Both the position numbers and the translations under genes were made by a program. A stretch of 64,000 bases of DNA from Botryllus schlosseri (Eukaryota). Below are positions 10,201 through 19,859 of the stretch, in pieces; within the stretch, counting starts at the first letter, position 1, and each line of letters opens with the position of its first letter. The notes under the pieces are model-generated. The model saw nothing but the letters and a program-made list of their open reading frames with translations, was not told where the DNA came from and made no database searches. The stretch lies in assembly GCA_051294905.1 (NCBI GenBank), contig CM119381.1, forward strand, positions 15,128,001-15,192,000, given 5' to 3'.

Positions 10201-13200
10201 GTGCCGTTCAGACCATCAAAAACCTTCTGCGAAAATGTGACGATGAATATCTGGCGCTACTCACATACCGCAACACGCCATTGGCTATCGGCTACTCGCC
10301 GGCAGAATTGAGCATGGGCCGCAAACTAAGAACAAGAGTACCGTGTCATCCAGACGATCTTCTGCCCAAGTCTGTCGACCGAACCGCCGTGAAGAAAGCT
10401 GAAGCAGATTACCGACGCAGAATTACTCGTGATTACAACAAAAGACACAGAGTAGTACCTGGAGATGAGTTCAAGGTGGGAGATCGCGTCTGGATTCCGG
10501 ACTGCAAATCGCAAGGTGTTGTGGAAAAACTTGACACTGACACTCAACCCAGATCCTTGGTTATCAGAACTGGGCGTGGCACCTTCAGAAGAAATCGCCG
10601 AATGGTGCGGAGATACCAGACGGAGAATGCCCCGCAAGAAGGCGTCGACATTACCGCCAGTGAGGCAGCTGAATTCTTCAAATTTCCCGATCAGGGAGGA
10701 GATAGCAGTTCGAGCGCTACTAGTGTCGATCGTGATGACCATCATGAGGCGGCGATAGTCCGACGGTCGGATCGGAACAGAACCGCACCTCGCAGATACA
10801 TCGAGGAGTACTGATGTAGTTATAGGAGTAGTGTGTGTAAATATGTTGTGTTCTTCATTCACCTCTTGCCTGCCAATTGCTTCATACCTTTGTACCGCTA
10901 ACTGCCTCAATTCGGATTGTTTATTGTCTTCATTCTGTGCTTGCGTTGTATATGTTTGTGCTGCTTATAAGCATTTGTGCTTGTCCCGAGAAGGGAGATG
11001 TAGTGGTAGCTCTATGGCGCCACTAGGGTGTGACGACATCGCAGGTGCTTCGGTGCTTGGTCGTCACTGAATACATGGCTGCTTGAGAACTCACGTCTCG
11101 TATATTAGACAGACCGTCAGTCACGTTACTACAATAAGCCTGATACGAAAGATATATCAATAGATCATCGCTAGCCCTAGCCTAACTATCCCGTCTCGGG
11201 CCTAGCATGGTTTGGCTCCTATCTCTTGATGGCTTGGAGACCATGCCGTTGATTGTATGCTGATTAGCGATTGTGATTAAAGAGTGACATCGCGAAACTG
11301 AAAGACATCGAATGTGCGCATTTGCGCAAACATGTGCGACGCGTGCGTAATATATTTCCGCTAATACTTGAACATAACCACCGGAATGTGTGTATCAACT
11401 TGAGTTATAAAAGAGGACAGGTTTGAAGCACCTGAAATCGGCGTCATTATGGCACTTATTCCCTAAAAACTCGGACATTTCGACTAGCGCAAATAGTCAA
11501 CGAGGCTGCGTAATACGTGTTGATGAGCGCGCGTATTTAATTGTTCGACGCGTTGATGAGCGCGCGTATTTAATTGTTCGACGCTGTGATAAGCGCAGGT
11601 ATTTAATTGCTGACGACAGATCAGGGAGTCGCTAATTAACAGCACTTCCGGACTCGTCGACAAGCTTATCAAACGCGTATAATCGCGAACACGAGGAGAT
11701 TGTATAATGTATGATCGTCATTTACTTAACCCTAATGAATTGACGCTATATTAGTAAATTCACAAATCATCGGAACCCCGCCCTTATATTTTAAAATCCC
11801 TTCCTTATTTTTCGGCTGTCTACGCCCCTGACCATATGGGTAATTCATAGACGCCGGGTAATCCTGAGTGACCACCACAACTTCAAACACATAGGTGATG
11901 TTCATAATATTACCCGCATCGCAAATTTAACCCAAATAATGTTATCCTAATTAAATATGTTTTTCTTAATCGCCGACGGCTAGCACTTTTCTCTTTCAAA
12001 TTCGCCTACTTTCGCTACAGAGGCCATTGAAGCCGTGCACTAATTTTCAGAGACGCTTCGTTACCGAGAGGAGTTTGGTGAATCTGATGATGAGGATTTT
12101 TCCTCGGATGATTCATTATTCGCATTCGATTCTGATGCTTTGGAATTCTTTGCATCTGAAGACGACGAACCTTCTATAGATAGTATTCCTGAGACTACCG
12201 AAGGTTAGTATATTATGATGATTTGGTAGTAAAAGGTATCACAGAGAGAGAGAGAGAGAGAGCAGAGGGTACCGGATCAGTGCTCGGCACTGCTTAGTGC
12301 GCCTCACAATGGCTTAGCTGATTCTCATCCTGCCACAACTTTACCCATTTACCAGTAGCCAACAGGCACCGCTCGTCAGCAGCTGAGTAGTTGGGAGACC
12401 ACCAGTACAAATAATGTAGTCTAACACCTCTGGTTTACGAGACCAGAGGTGTTGCCACTGGGTTGTGGAAGCTGTCAGTAAAATATCATTAGATCTATAA
12501 ATTTATATTCAGGTACTTCTAAGCCTGAAGAGTCGCAGACTGTTGTGTGGACGAAGCCATCCGATGTTCCAAAAAAAAATTAATGAAATTCACTGGCACA
12601 CCTGCCGTAAAGAACAGGATGTTGGGTAAAAATCTGTCAGAACTTGGATGCTTTCTTGAGTTTTTTTTCCGAAGAAGCTATTAAGCTGATGGTTGAAATG
12701 ACAAACAAAAAGTATCACCACGACGAAAAAAATCGGAAGAAGCCAGAAAATAGCCAGACCGAGCAGGAATCTATGTCTTCATGGAGTGACATAACAGTGC
12801 CAGAGATGAAAGCCTTCATTGCGATTTTGATTCATATGGGACTGCCAACAATTGATCGGTTCTGGACCAAACCAATGTTTAGACCTGACAACCTAAAGAG
12901 AATCATGAGTTGCGATAGATTTATGCTAATCTTTCAGCACCTTCATTTTTCCGACTTGAAGCCAGATAATCACCAAGAGGAAGAGGACAGCTCTTCATCC
13001 AAGGCACACCAAACTGATAAGTTAGGTAAAGTTCGGAAGATTTCGGAAATAATTCGCAGCAATTGTGTCCGTAAATATAGTCCTGGAAGAAACTTGGCAA
13101 TTGACGAGTCGATGATGACACACCGCAAACACACACGCGGTAGGCACTTTGTATCATCTACTGCGACAGAACCTAGCTTTGGAATTAAGGTCTGGGTCCT

Positions 13201-14101
13201 TGCCGAGTCTTCGACATCGTATGTATCGAATTTTCAATTATACATTGGAAACGATCCGATAGATATAGACTGTGACAAAGAGTATGGTCTGCCTGGTGCA
13301 ATTGTCTTGCATCTAATGAAGCCTTTTCTCAACGAGGGGAGGCATCTCTACATGGACTACTTCTACACCAGTCCATCGTTGTTGGAAGAATTGCAGAGAA
13401 ACGGAACCTATGCGTGTGGACATATGAGAAAATATGACAAGTGTTTCCCGAAAGAATTCCAAACGATTAAAGCTTCAGTAAACAAGACCAGCGATGAACA
13501 CTGTCTCATGTCCGAAGAAGGAATTGTCTGTTTTCCGTGGCATGATGGTGAGCCCATATGCTTTCTGTCTACAATCCATATGCCAGCGGCGAAACAGTCT
13601 TCCGGGACTGAAACTGCCACGAGCACCGAAGGAAAAGCGGATCCTCCAGTGATAAAGGACTTTAACCGGTACATGAATCATGTTAATTTCACTTCGGATA
13701 TAAGGAAATATTTCAATTCTGCAAGGACTTCCCCCGTCTTATATCGAAAAGTGTTCGGCTACCTCCTGGAAGTGTGCATTCATAACGCTCAGATTGTGTA
13801 TGAGCACCTTAAAGGGGAAGAGGTTTACCCGGGAGACTTTCGCCAAAAACTTGCGATCAGCTTAGTCGGAACGCACCGGACGCTGGGCACACGGTTTGAC
13901 TCCAGTGAAAGGCATTTCCCGACTCGCAAGGAAAAAATGGGAAATTGTATGTATTGCACTGAAAGGGCAGAAGATGCCTATGAGAAAGATGGCACCGTCC
14001 TGACCGTCCACCAGTCAAACGTATCTTGCACCGGATGTAATGTATATCTGTGCCTGAATGACGAACGTCCAAGTCCGTGTTTTGCCCAGTATCATGAGTA
14101 A
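4260..14101 (+). CDS. Spliced piggyBac-transposase-derived gene (PGBD-like, DDE_Tnp_1_7 plus C-terminal Cys-rich domain). Exons: 4260-4297 (tentative), 4548-4702, 12051-12203, 12513-14101. Two compensating homopolymer frameshifts in the last exon.
   Basis: ORF 12644-14101 has piggyBac motifs NLAIDESM, FGIKVWVLAES, LYMDYFYTS and C-terminal CMYC...CTGCNVYLC...CFAQYH. Upstream acidic exons have canonical AG/GT sites and matching phases (2, 1, 1). TAA at 12581 lies between an A9 run (12571-12579) and a T8 run (12661-12668). Confidence is high for the transposase ORF and lower for the upstream exons. Confidence 0.8.
5383..7021. mobile_element. Ac/Ds-like hAT non-autonomous element
   Basis: TIRs CAGAGATGGAAG / CTTCCATCTCTG, similar to the maize Ac TIR CAGGGATGAAA. 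Subterminal CCCGAACCCG arrays at both ends. Perfect TSD TCTCGAAA at 5375-5382 and 7022-7029. Confidence 0.95.
5850..6345. mobile_element. Right half of the GACTT-array TIR element (full copy at 17377-18337)
   Basis: Collinear with about 17840-18337. Ends in GTGACTTGATCCCAACACTG after (GACTT)n/GACTCGAGTC arrays. Confidence 0.85.
7336..8503. mobile_element. hAT-type MITE inserted into the 5' LTR
   Basis: Perfect 14-bp TIR CATAGGCGCCGAAC / GTTCGGCGCCTATG. Perfect 8-bp TSD GTAGTGGT (7328-7335, 8504-8511) made of LTR sequence. GCATGCC subterminal repeats. Confidence 0.95.
8691..9510 (+). pseudogene. Gypsy gag, frameshifted before its CCHC zinc knuckles
   Basis: ORF 8691-9323 is gag-like (WVDWKEDFETYL, FLQWSLRVREAAAKC). 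An alternative frame at about 9325-9440 reads CKYCGKKHQFGRFFCPAADYNCSVCEKTGHFETVCR. Confidence 0.85.
9591..10814 (+). CDS. Gypsy integrase (HHCC zinc-binding domain plus DDE core), open frame
   Basis: LHDAHQG...CEKC, then RVGADFF, LVTDGAPMF and GNSEAERAVQT. First in-frame ATG at 9591 follows an apparent 1-nt deletion in the GWP motif (GGGTGGCTGAA). Confidence 0.9.
   Translation: MQRDAVTLHGPLRPYWNDRACLSTYEGLLLKGNRLVIPCTLRQDVLRYLHDAHQGVTKSRLNASQSCWWPGISKDIEETVRNCEKCTEHQREKVEPMLSASFPERPWSRVGADFFQYQNSMYLLAVDYYSRDIEICIVSKTVNAAETILKFKKIFSRHGICETLVTDGAPMFSSRDFASFCESWKIEHIMSSPRYPQGNSEAERAVQTIKNLLRKCDDEYLALLTYRNTPLAIGYSPAELSMGRKLRTRVPCHPDDLLPKSVDRTAVKKAEADYRRRITRDYNKRHRVVPGDEFKVGDRVWIPDCKSQGVVEKLDTDTQPRSLVIRTGRGTFRRNRRMVRRYQTENAPQEGVDITASEAAEFFKFPDQGGDSSSSATSVDRDDHHEAAIVRRSDRNRTAPRRYIEEY
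10999..11133 (+). repeat. 3' LTR (135 bp)
   Basis: TGTAGT...ACTACA terminal inverted repeat; matches 8504-8637 plus the split first bases at 7327. Confidence 0.95.
12242..12263. repeat. (AG)n microsatellite in an intron of the PGBD-like gene
   Basis: CAGAGAGAGAGAGAGAGAGAG seen directly. Confidence 0.9.
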
Positions 14102-14449
14102 AAGGCATTTTGTTTGGCCAGACTGAATTTGTGATGTTTCGTGCAGTGGGATGGTTGTTTCTATTTGAAGTGTTCTGCTCTGTGCATTTTCTGTAACTGT
14201 TGCCTTTTTATGTTGCGGCTCAAAGCTATTTTTTACTTGTTAGTTCAACTGTGACTTTTTTCCAGTTGGCGATGCTTTTTTTTGCTTTATCCACTGCCAT
14301 TTTTTGAAAAATCGCCACTTTGTAATGTATTTGCACAAATAACACGATGCTTGATTTAAGAGGTTTTCTGTGTTGAATTAGCAAGCATGGCGACTCTAGT
14401 AAAATACAGGTGGAGAAAGAAAACGATTTCGATATGCGCGTGTGCCTGG

Positions 14450-15420
14450 CGAAACCCCGTCATTTTGAAATGACCGTTCCAACTGTTAACTCAAATATTC
14501 AGTTGCAATTCAATCATTGTGCTGTCTGTGTTCCACGCCGCCGATTTGCGAGAAGCATGTTGTTAATTTGCAGGAAGAGTCTGTGATGTCTCCCGCTGAG
14601 ATGGTCGCGAAATTAGGTAATTCATTGCCGTACGCGTGGCAATCGTCGCTGGCTTGAACAATCGCATCTGCAATAGGCCCGCAGTTCACACTATATCATC
14701 GCTTGCTCGCGCAATCGCATCTACATTGGCGGCTTCGGCCTGGTGTGCATGATATCATCGCTGGCCTACACAATAGTATCTGCAATAGGCCTGGTGCGAA
14801 GGTGGCGAGATAGCGCAGTGGTATAATCCACGGCTGCAACACCAATGGGTTGCGGGTTCTCGCTCGACCGAGGTCCACTTCAGAATTCCTATCTAAGTGT
14901 TGAAGCTTGAAGGTTTATCTGGGCTCCTCCTCGCCACCTCAACCGCGTAAAAGCGGTGTCTTACAAAGAGCCTAGAAGTGGGACGTACACATATGGAATA
15001 AAAAATACAGAAAATCGGTCTGGTGTAAATGACCGTTGTAGTCGACAAACACCGTGAATACCCTAAACATACAAGGCCCGGTGCGAAAGATATCATTGCT
15101 GGCCTAGAACTATCGCGTCTCGGGCCTGGCATGCTTTGGTTCCTATCTCTCGCTGGTTTGGAGACAAAGCGGTCGAGTTCCAGCTGATTAGTGATTGTTT
15201 TATGTCATATTAATTAAAAAGCAACATCGCGAAACTGAATAACATCGAATCGCTGGGAATTGGGAACAGACTTCAACATGCGTAATTGATTTCCGCTAAT
15301 ATTTGAACGTATCGATCAGGTGTATCATGGCTTGACTTCTAAAAGCCGACAAAGGTCTGAACCACCTGAAAGCGGTGTCATCAGGTTCGGACATTTCGAT
15401 TTGCGAACACTGTGTGTTGG
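14450..15420 (+). repeat. Copy of the dispersed 'core' repeat with about 45-bp tandem units, interrupted by a SINE
   Basis: GCCTACACAAT(C/A)G(C/T)ATCTGCAATAGGCC units and flanking blocks are shared with about 4990-5374 + 7030-7326 + 11134-11750, 7540-8410 and 52720-55110. Confidence 0.85.
14801..15073 (+). mobile_element. tRNA-derived SINE
   Basis: A-box-like GGCGAGATAGCGCAGTGGTA and B-box-like GGGTTGCGGGTTCTCGCTC, about 270 bp long. 14-bp direct repeat AGGCCTGGTGCGAA/AGGCCCGGTGCGAA at 14787-14800 and 15074-15087. Confidence 0.8.
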
Positions 15421-15821
15421 CTTGTGCCTGCAAATTGGAATTCATTTCCGGGCATATTCATTTCTCTAACAGTGACATAATTCGGTAAATGCAGCAATAC
15501 AGCGATATAATGAGCAAACAATTGTCGCGACGAAAGATACGGTGTCAGCATAGTGTCCTATAGTGTCAGACTCAGCACCCATTCGTGGCGATACTGATTA
15601 GAATACACGCTTTCTCGTTTGGCATCATCCAAATTTCATGTTGTCTGCTTGATACATTCGTACTCCGAAATTGTCGCACAATGTCATTCTTCAGTGATCC
15701 TTTCGTTATTTACGTGCAGTAGGTCATGCCATGCCATTGTCAAAGATTGATGCATCTCCAGATTCAGGGTGACACAAATTCTGAATTTATTCGATTCGTT
15801 TGAACATGGAACCTTCTATAG

Positions 15822-16742
15822 CAGTGGTTCCCAACCTGTGGTACGCGAAGGTCTTCCAGGTGGTACGCGAGTAGATTCTGCTTTTTTTCGACCGAATCTC
15901 ATTAGTTAAGGTGGTGTTGAACTCAAAGATTGATTGTTCTCCAATAAACTTCAGGCTTAGCGTGGCCTCCTCGTAATCGACTCTAACGTCTCACGCTATT
16001 CCCCAGCTGCTAATTTTCCCTTCTACGTGGGAGTTCGAGCAAGGATTTTCATCTCTGATAACTATCAAGTCGAAGAAACGAAACCGACTTGTTGCGCCCA
16101 TGCATGACTTTCGATGCGCTGTGAGCAAACATATGCCACGCATCGACCAGCTAGTGCATTGGTTCTCAAACTGGGGGGGGGGGGGCGCGAAGCTACGACC
16201 AACTGGAAAATTTTTTCGCGCTTCACACGATTTGCTCTGTGTATAGTCCTAATTGCATATTTAAGAATCATCTTATCAACTGTCATAACCTTCCATGCCA
16301 TAAAGTTATTCGTTGGGATTGCTAGCATTCTGGTCGCATTTTGTGATCTGACGGTAAGGGGGGCGCGAAATTTTTCACCATCATAAACGGCGGCATGTCT
16401 AAAAAAGTTTGAGAACCGCTGGGCTAGTGGAAAATAAGCAAATGCAGCCATCGCATTAACACAATTGACGTTTGTTGTTTGCTGTTATTTCAGTATCATG
16501 CTGTTCTTCTTGTGACTGGTGGTCAAAAAACAATTTCATGCATCCCATTAACCCTGGCTGATAATACCTAGTGTAATGGTATTTGCTAATACGCCTCGCA
16601 TACGTCAAATGCGTCATTATGACGTCATAAACGATGGAAACATTTTTACCTCCTTCAGCGCGCGTAACTTATGTAGGTGGTACGCGAGCACTGCATAAAA
16701 CCTCGAAATGGTACGTGGGTGAATAAAGGTTGGGAACCACTG
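15822..16742. mobile_element. hAT (Buster-type) MITE with a second MITE nested at 16157-16421
   Basis: TIRs CAGTGGTTCCCAACCT / AGGTTGGGAACCACTG with perfect TSD TTCTATAG. The nested copy has TSD AGCTAGTG/GGCTAGTG. Confidence 0.95.
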
Positions 16743-17376
16743 TTCTATAGGCTATTCCGTAAAACTTGATTGCTGGACGTACTCGACAGTCGACACTCGT
16801 ATCGAGAACAACGATATCAAATATTCTGAACAATCGCAACCACGCAAGGGTCATTGTTTTGGTCAATTGTGCCGCGTCGCTGCGATTGTTTGGAACAATG
16901 CAGATTTTCAGACTTTGAGGTGTATTTCAATGGGGTTCCATTGCCTTAGTGATTACATTTTATTGTATATTTTCGGCGACAGTAGCTTTCAAATAAGATC
17001 AACTTTATTGAATTTAAGCACGCTATGGGATTAGCAATTATGTTGCGTTCAGATTGCTGAGCAGTAATTTCCTCCGAGCAAGCAAGCGTGACGACGGGCG
17101 TTGCGTATCTATCCGTAGGCTAGTTATCTATAGTTACTCACACGGCACTTTGCGCTTGAGGGCTATTCCCAACACAGACAACCGATGTTCACACCACTAC
17201 CTCTTCATATCTGAAATTTGGTACACGCACAGATTAGCTCATTCCAAACAGGATGAACTTTACTTTATGAAAATTGGACTTCGGGGTGAAAATTTACGTC
17301 ACTTCGAAAATTGACGATTTTCTGCTCATTTTGGGTCTGCATATTTCAGGTTTTATCAATGAAATATTCAAGGTGT

Positions 17377-18337
17377 CGGTGTTGGGATGACTCGAGACAT
17401 GACTTGACTCGAGTCAGACTCGAGTCACTTTTTCGTATGACTTGACTTGACTCGTGTCACTTTGCTAAAATGACTTGACTTGACTCGGCGTATCAGGAGT
17501 GTGGATTGACTCGTGACTCGGAGCAAAATTCACGAGTCAATTTCAAGTCATCAAGTAATCGGTGTCTATATAAATGTCTGCATCTTACATATGTTCGGAT
17601 TGTTCGCGCAACGCTGGTGTAACCCGTGAGAGCGACCAATCATTCAATGATCGTGCGTTTTACTGACCCTCCATTGTTCTTTCACAAATATATTGATCGC
17701 AAACGAAGCGATCGAAGCTGACAGCCTACGTTGTCGTAAACTATAGTATAGTAAAGTGATTTAATCGCAAAATCTCTATTTCTGATCTGTGTTGTTACCT
17801 TAACCAGACCTCTTGTTTTATTAAAATTGAATCCGAAAATAGTTTATATAGTCCTCAACCATTGGCGCAGGCTCGAATCGTATCATATCAATTTGCAAAA
17901 GGGTAATGTATTGCATCTTATCAATTCGTTTCTCTGTTCTCTATTTTGGCTGGTAACTATAATCTGAGGCTGTGCAATACTTACGTAGTTTATTAGTTCT
18001 ACTTATATGTGAGCCATACAGCGCCTTACTTGCGTGTATATTTAACTCTATATTCGTTCATCGGTTCAAAATCAATGACCACTCAATCTGTATTTCAGAC
18101 AGCTAGCAAAATACAATGACGTAATCACGCCTCATACCTCGAAAAGGCAATTTGACTTGAATTGTGACTTGACTCGTGACTTGACTTCACTTGACTCGAC
18201 TTGACTCGAGTCACCTCCGAAAATCGACTGACTTGACTTGACTCGAGTCACCTTCGAAAATCGTTTGACTTGACTTGACTCGAGTCAAAATGTGCAATGA
18301 CTCGTGACTCGAAGGTAGTGACTTGATCCCAACACTG
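17377..18337. mobile_element. TIR element with GACTT/GACTCGAGTC subterminal arrays (probably hAT)
   Basis: Ends CGGTGTTGGGAT / ATCCCAACACTG. Only 5 bp (GGTGT) of flanking duplication is evident. Confidence 0.8.
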
Positions 18338-18667
18338 GGTGTAGCTAGATGTTGGACTACAGTTTAGATACGCCACTTGGATTTATCTGAAGCTTGTCTG
18401 ATCGTCGATATTTCCAAGTGAAATTTAATGCCCTGTAGGTTAGGGTCCAAGGTTAAATTGAGGGGAAGTTTGATCAATGGTCAGGCGTTACACAATTTGG
18501 ACCGCGGATTGCTCAAAAACATCTAAAAATATTTCGGAAAATAGGATCTTAAATGAAAGTTTGCTTCAAGGAGACTTCGTTCATAGCTGTTTGATTTTGG
18601 TTTTGAGACTGTAAAGCGATGAGAGTTTCAAGAGCACACTTCATTTGTACATGGAAATGCAGTAGAA

Positions 18668-19000
18668 GGGTGTGTTCGGACATCAAGTCTGGGGTGGGTG
18701 CGGACATCATGTCTGGGGTGTGTTCAGACATCATGTCTTGGGTGTGTTCGGACTGTGTTGCCATTCTGACATCGTGTCTGGGGTGAGTTCGGACTGTTCT
18801 TCCCCTCGGACATCGTGTCTGGGGTGTCTTCGGACATCATGTCTTGGGTGCGTTCGGACAGTTTTGCAACCAAGACATCGGGCCTAGGGTGTGTTGGGAA
18901 TGTGTTGCCATTCGGACATCGTGTCTAAGGCGTGTTCGGACATCATGTCTGGGGTGTGTTAGGACTGTGTTGCCACTCGGTCATCGTGTCTGGGATATGT
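18668..19000. repeat. Degenerate 24-bp minisatellite (GTTCGGACATCATGTCTGGGGTGT)n
   Basis: About a dozen degenerate units. They produce the SEHTPDMM-repeat ORF on the minus strand. Confidence 0.9.
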
Positions 19001-19859
19001 TTGTGCTGCACCAGACATGGCTCAGGCCTGATATCTGCGCACTATTTTTATCCAGACATGCTCCGGAGCGGATACCTGCGCACTAAATACCCCCAGGCAT
19101 GGTCCGAACCGAATATCTGCGCGCTTAATGGACACAGACATGCGTCAGACGTGATACCCGCGTGCCGCGTCCTAAACGACGCGTGACCTGTATGACCTAT
19201 ATGTCTGCGGTTTTTGCTGTTATCTGGGTATGGTATACTCATCGCGCACCGTATTCGATACAACTTTTCCGTATTGCTCTTCGACTAAACTACGGGCCTT
19301 ATGATATGGGGAGGGTGCTATGGCTTGACATTTTCTGAAACGACGTGTTCGAGTAAACGAAGGATTAGTATTACATCACATCTTCATATCAATACCATCA
19401 TTTGCATCCCATGATGCGGACGAATGCTTATTATGCTGTCGAAAATTGATACCTCCTGGGATGCATCAATATATATCAAGCTCTCGTACGCCTTCCGCAT
19501 ACCTCAATTTGCAGCGTTTGACAGTCCATACGAACGAACTACGACCGTTTTCACAGCTACTTACTTGAGTAGATTTAAAGTCAGTCAATTCTACTTCTAC
19601 TTCAAGCAATCTTAGGATCTTTTTAAAAGTACTGGTTCTACTCGTACTTCAGTCAATTTTAGCTTCACTACTTCTACTTGAGTAGCTTTCTTGACTACTT
19701 TGACCACCTCTGGATATTACCAACAAGTAGTTAGGGCACGGGGCAGTCTATATATAAGGTGATATGCATCAGGAATTGCGATTTACGGTAATAAATATAA
19801 AAATACCGGCTGACAGTTTAACCGCAGTTAGAGCTCCAAATATAACAAACAGCTCTTAC

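Larger units (their letters stand above)
7327..11133 (+). mobile_element. Non-autonomous Ty3/Gypsy LTR retrotransposon (gag plus integrase; protease, RT and RNase H deleted)
   Basis: TG...CA LTRs of 135 bp: the 5' LTR is 7327-7335 plus 8512-8637 and the 3' LTR is 10999-11133, identical by eye. 5-bp TSD ATAAG at 7322-7326 and 11134-11138. PBS-like TGGTGGCAAC at 8638. Polypurine tract GAGAAGGGAGA just before 10999. Confidence 0.95.
4844..11830. mobile_element. Outer hAT-type non-autonomous element hosting the nested stack
   Basis: Ends CAGGCGCGTAG... / ...CTACGCCCCTG. Perfect 8-bp TSD ACCATATG at 4836-4843 and 11831-11838. Confidence 0.9.

Noticed and set aside
9119-10910. Antisense ORFs (163, 112 and 194 aa) over the Gypsy element
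   Set aside because: They are shadow ORFs of gag/integrase with no recognisable motifs.
11927-11945. TTAACCC as the left end of an intact piggyBac transposon
   Set aside because: I found no complementary GGGTTAA end or TIR downstream of the transposase ORF.
14801-14875. Functional tRNA genes (also 60290-60362 and about 55520-55560)
   Set aside because: A/B boxes are present but there is no complete cloverleaf. They continue into SINE bodies, one with a flanking duplication.
18549-19186. ORFs with SEHTPDMM / GHHVWG repeats
   Set aside because: They are translation artefacts of a 24-bp minisatellite, with no splice context.
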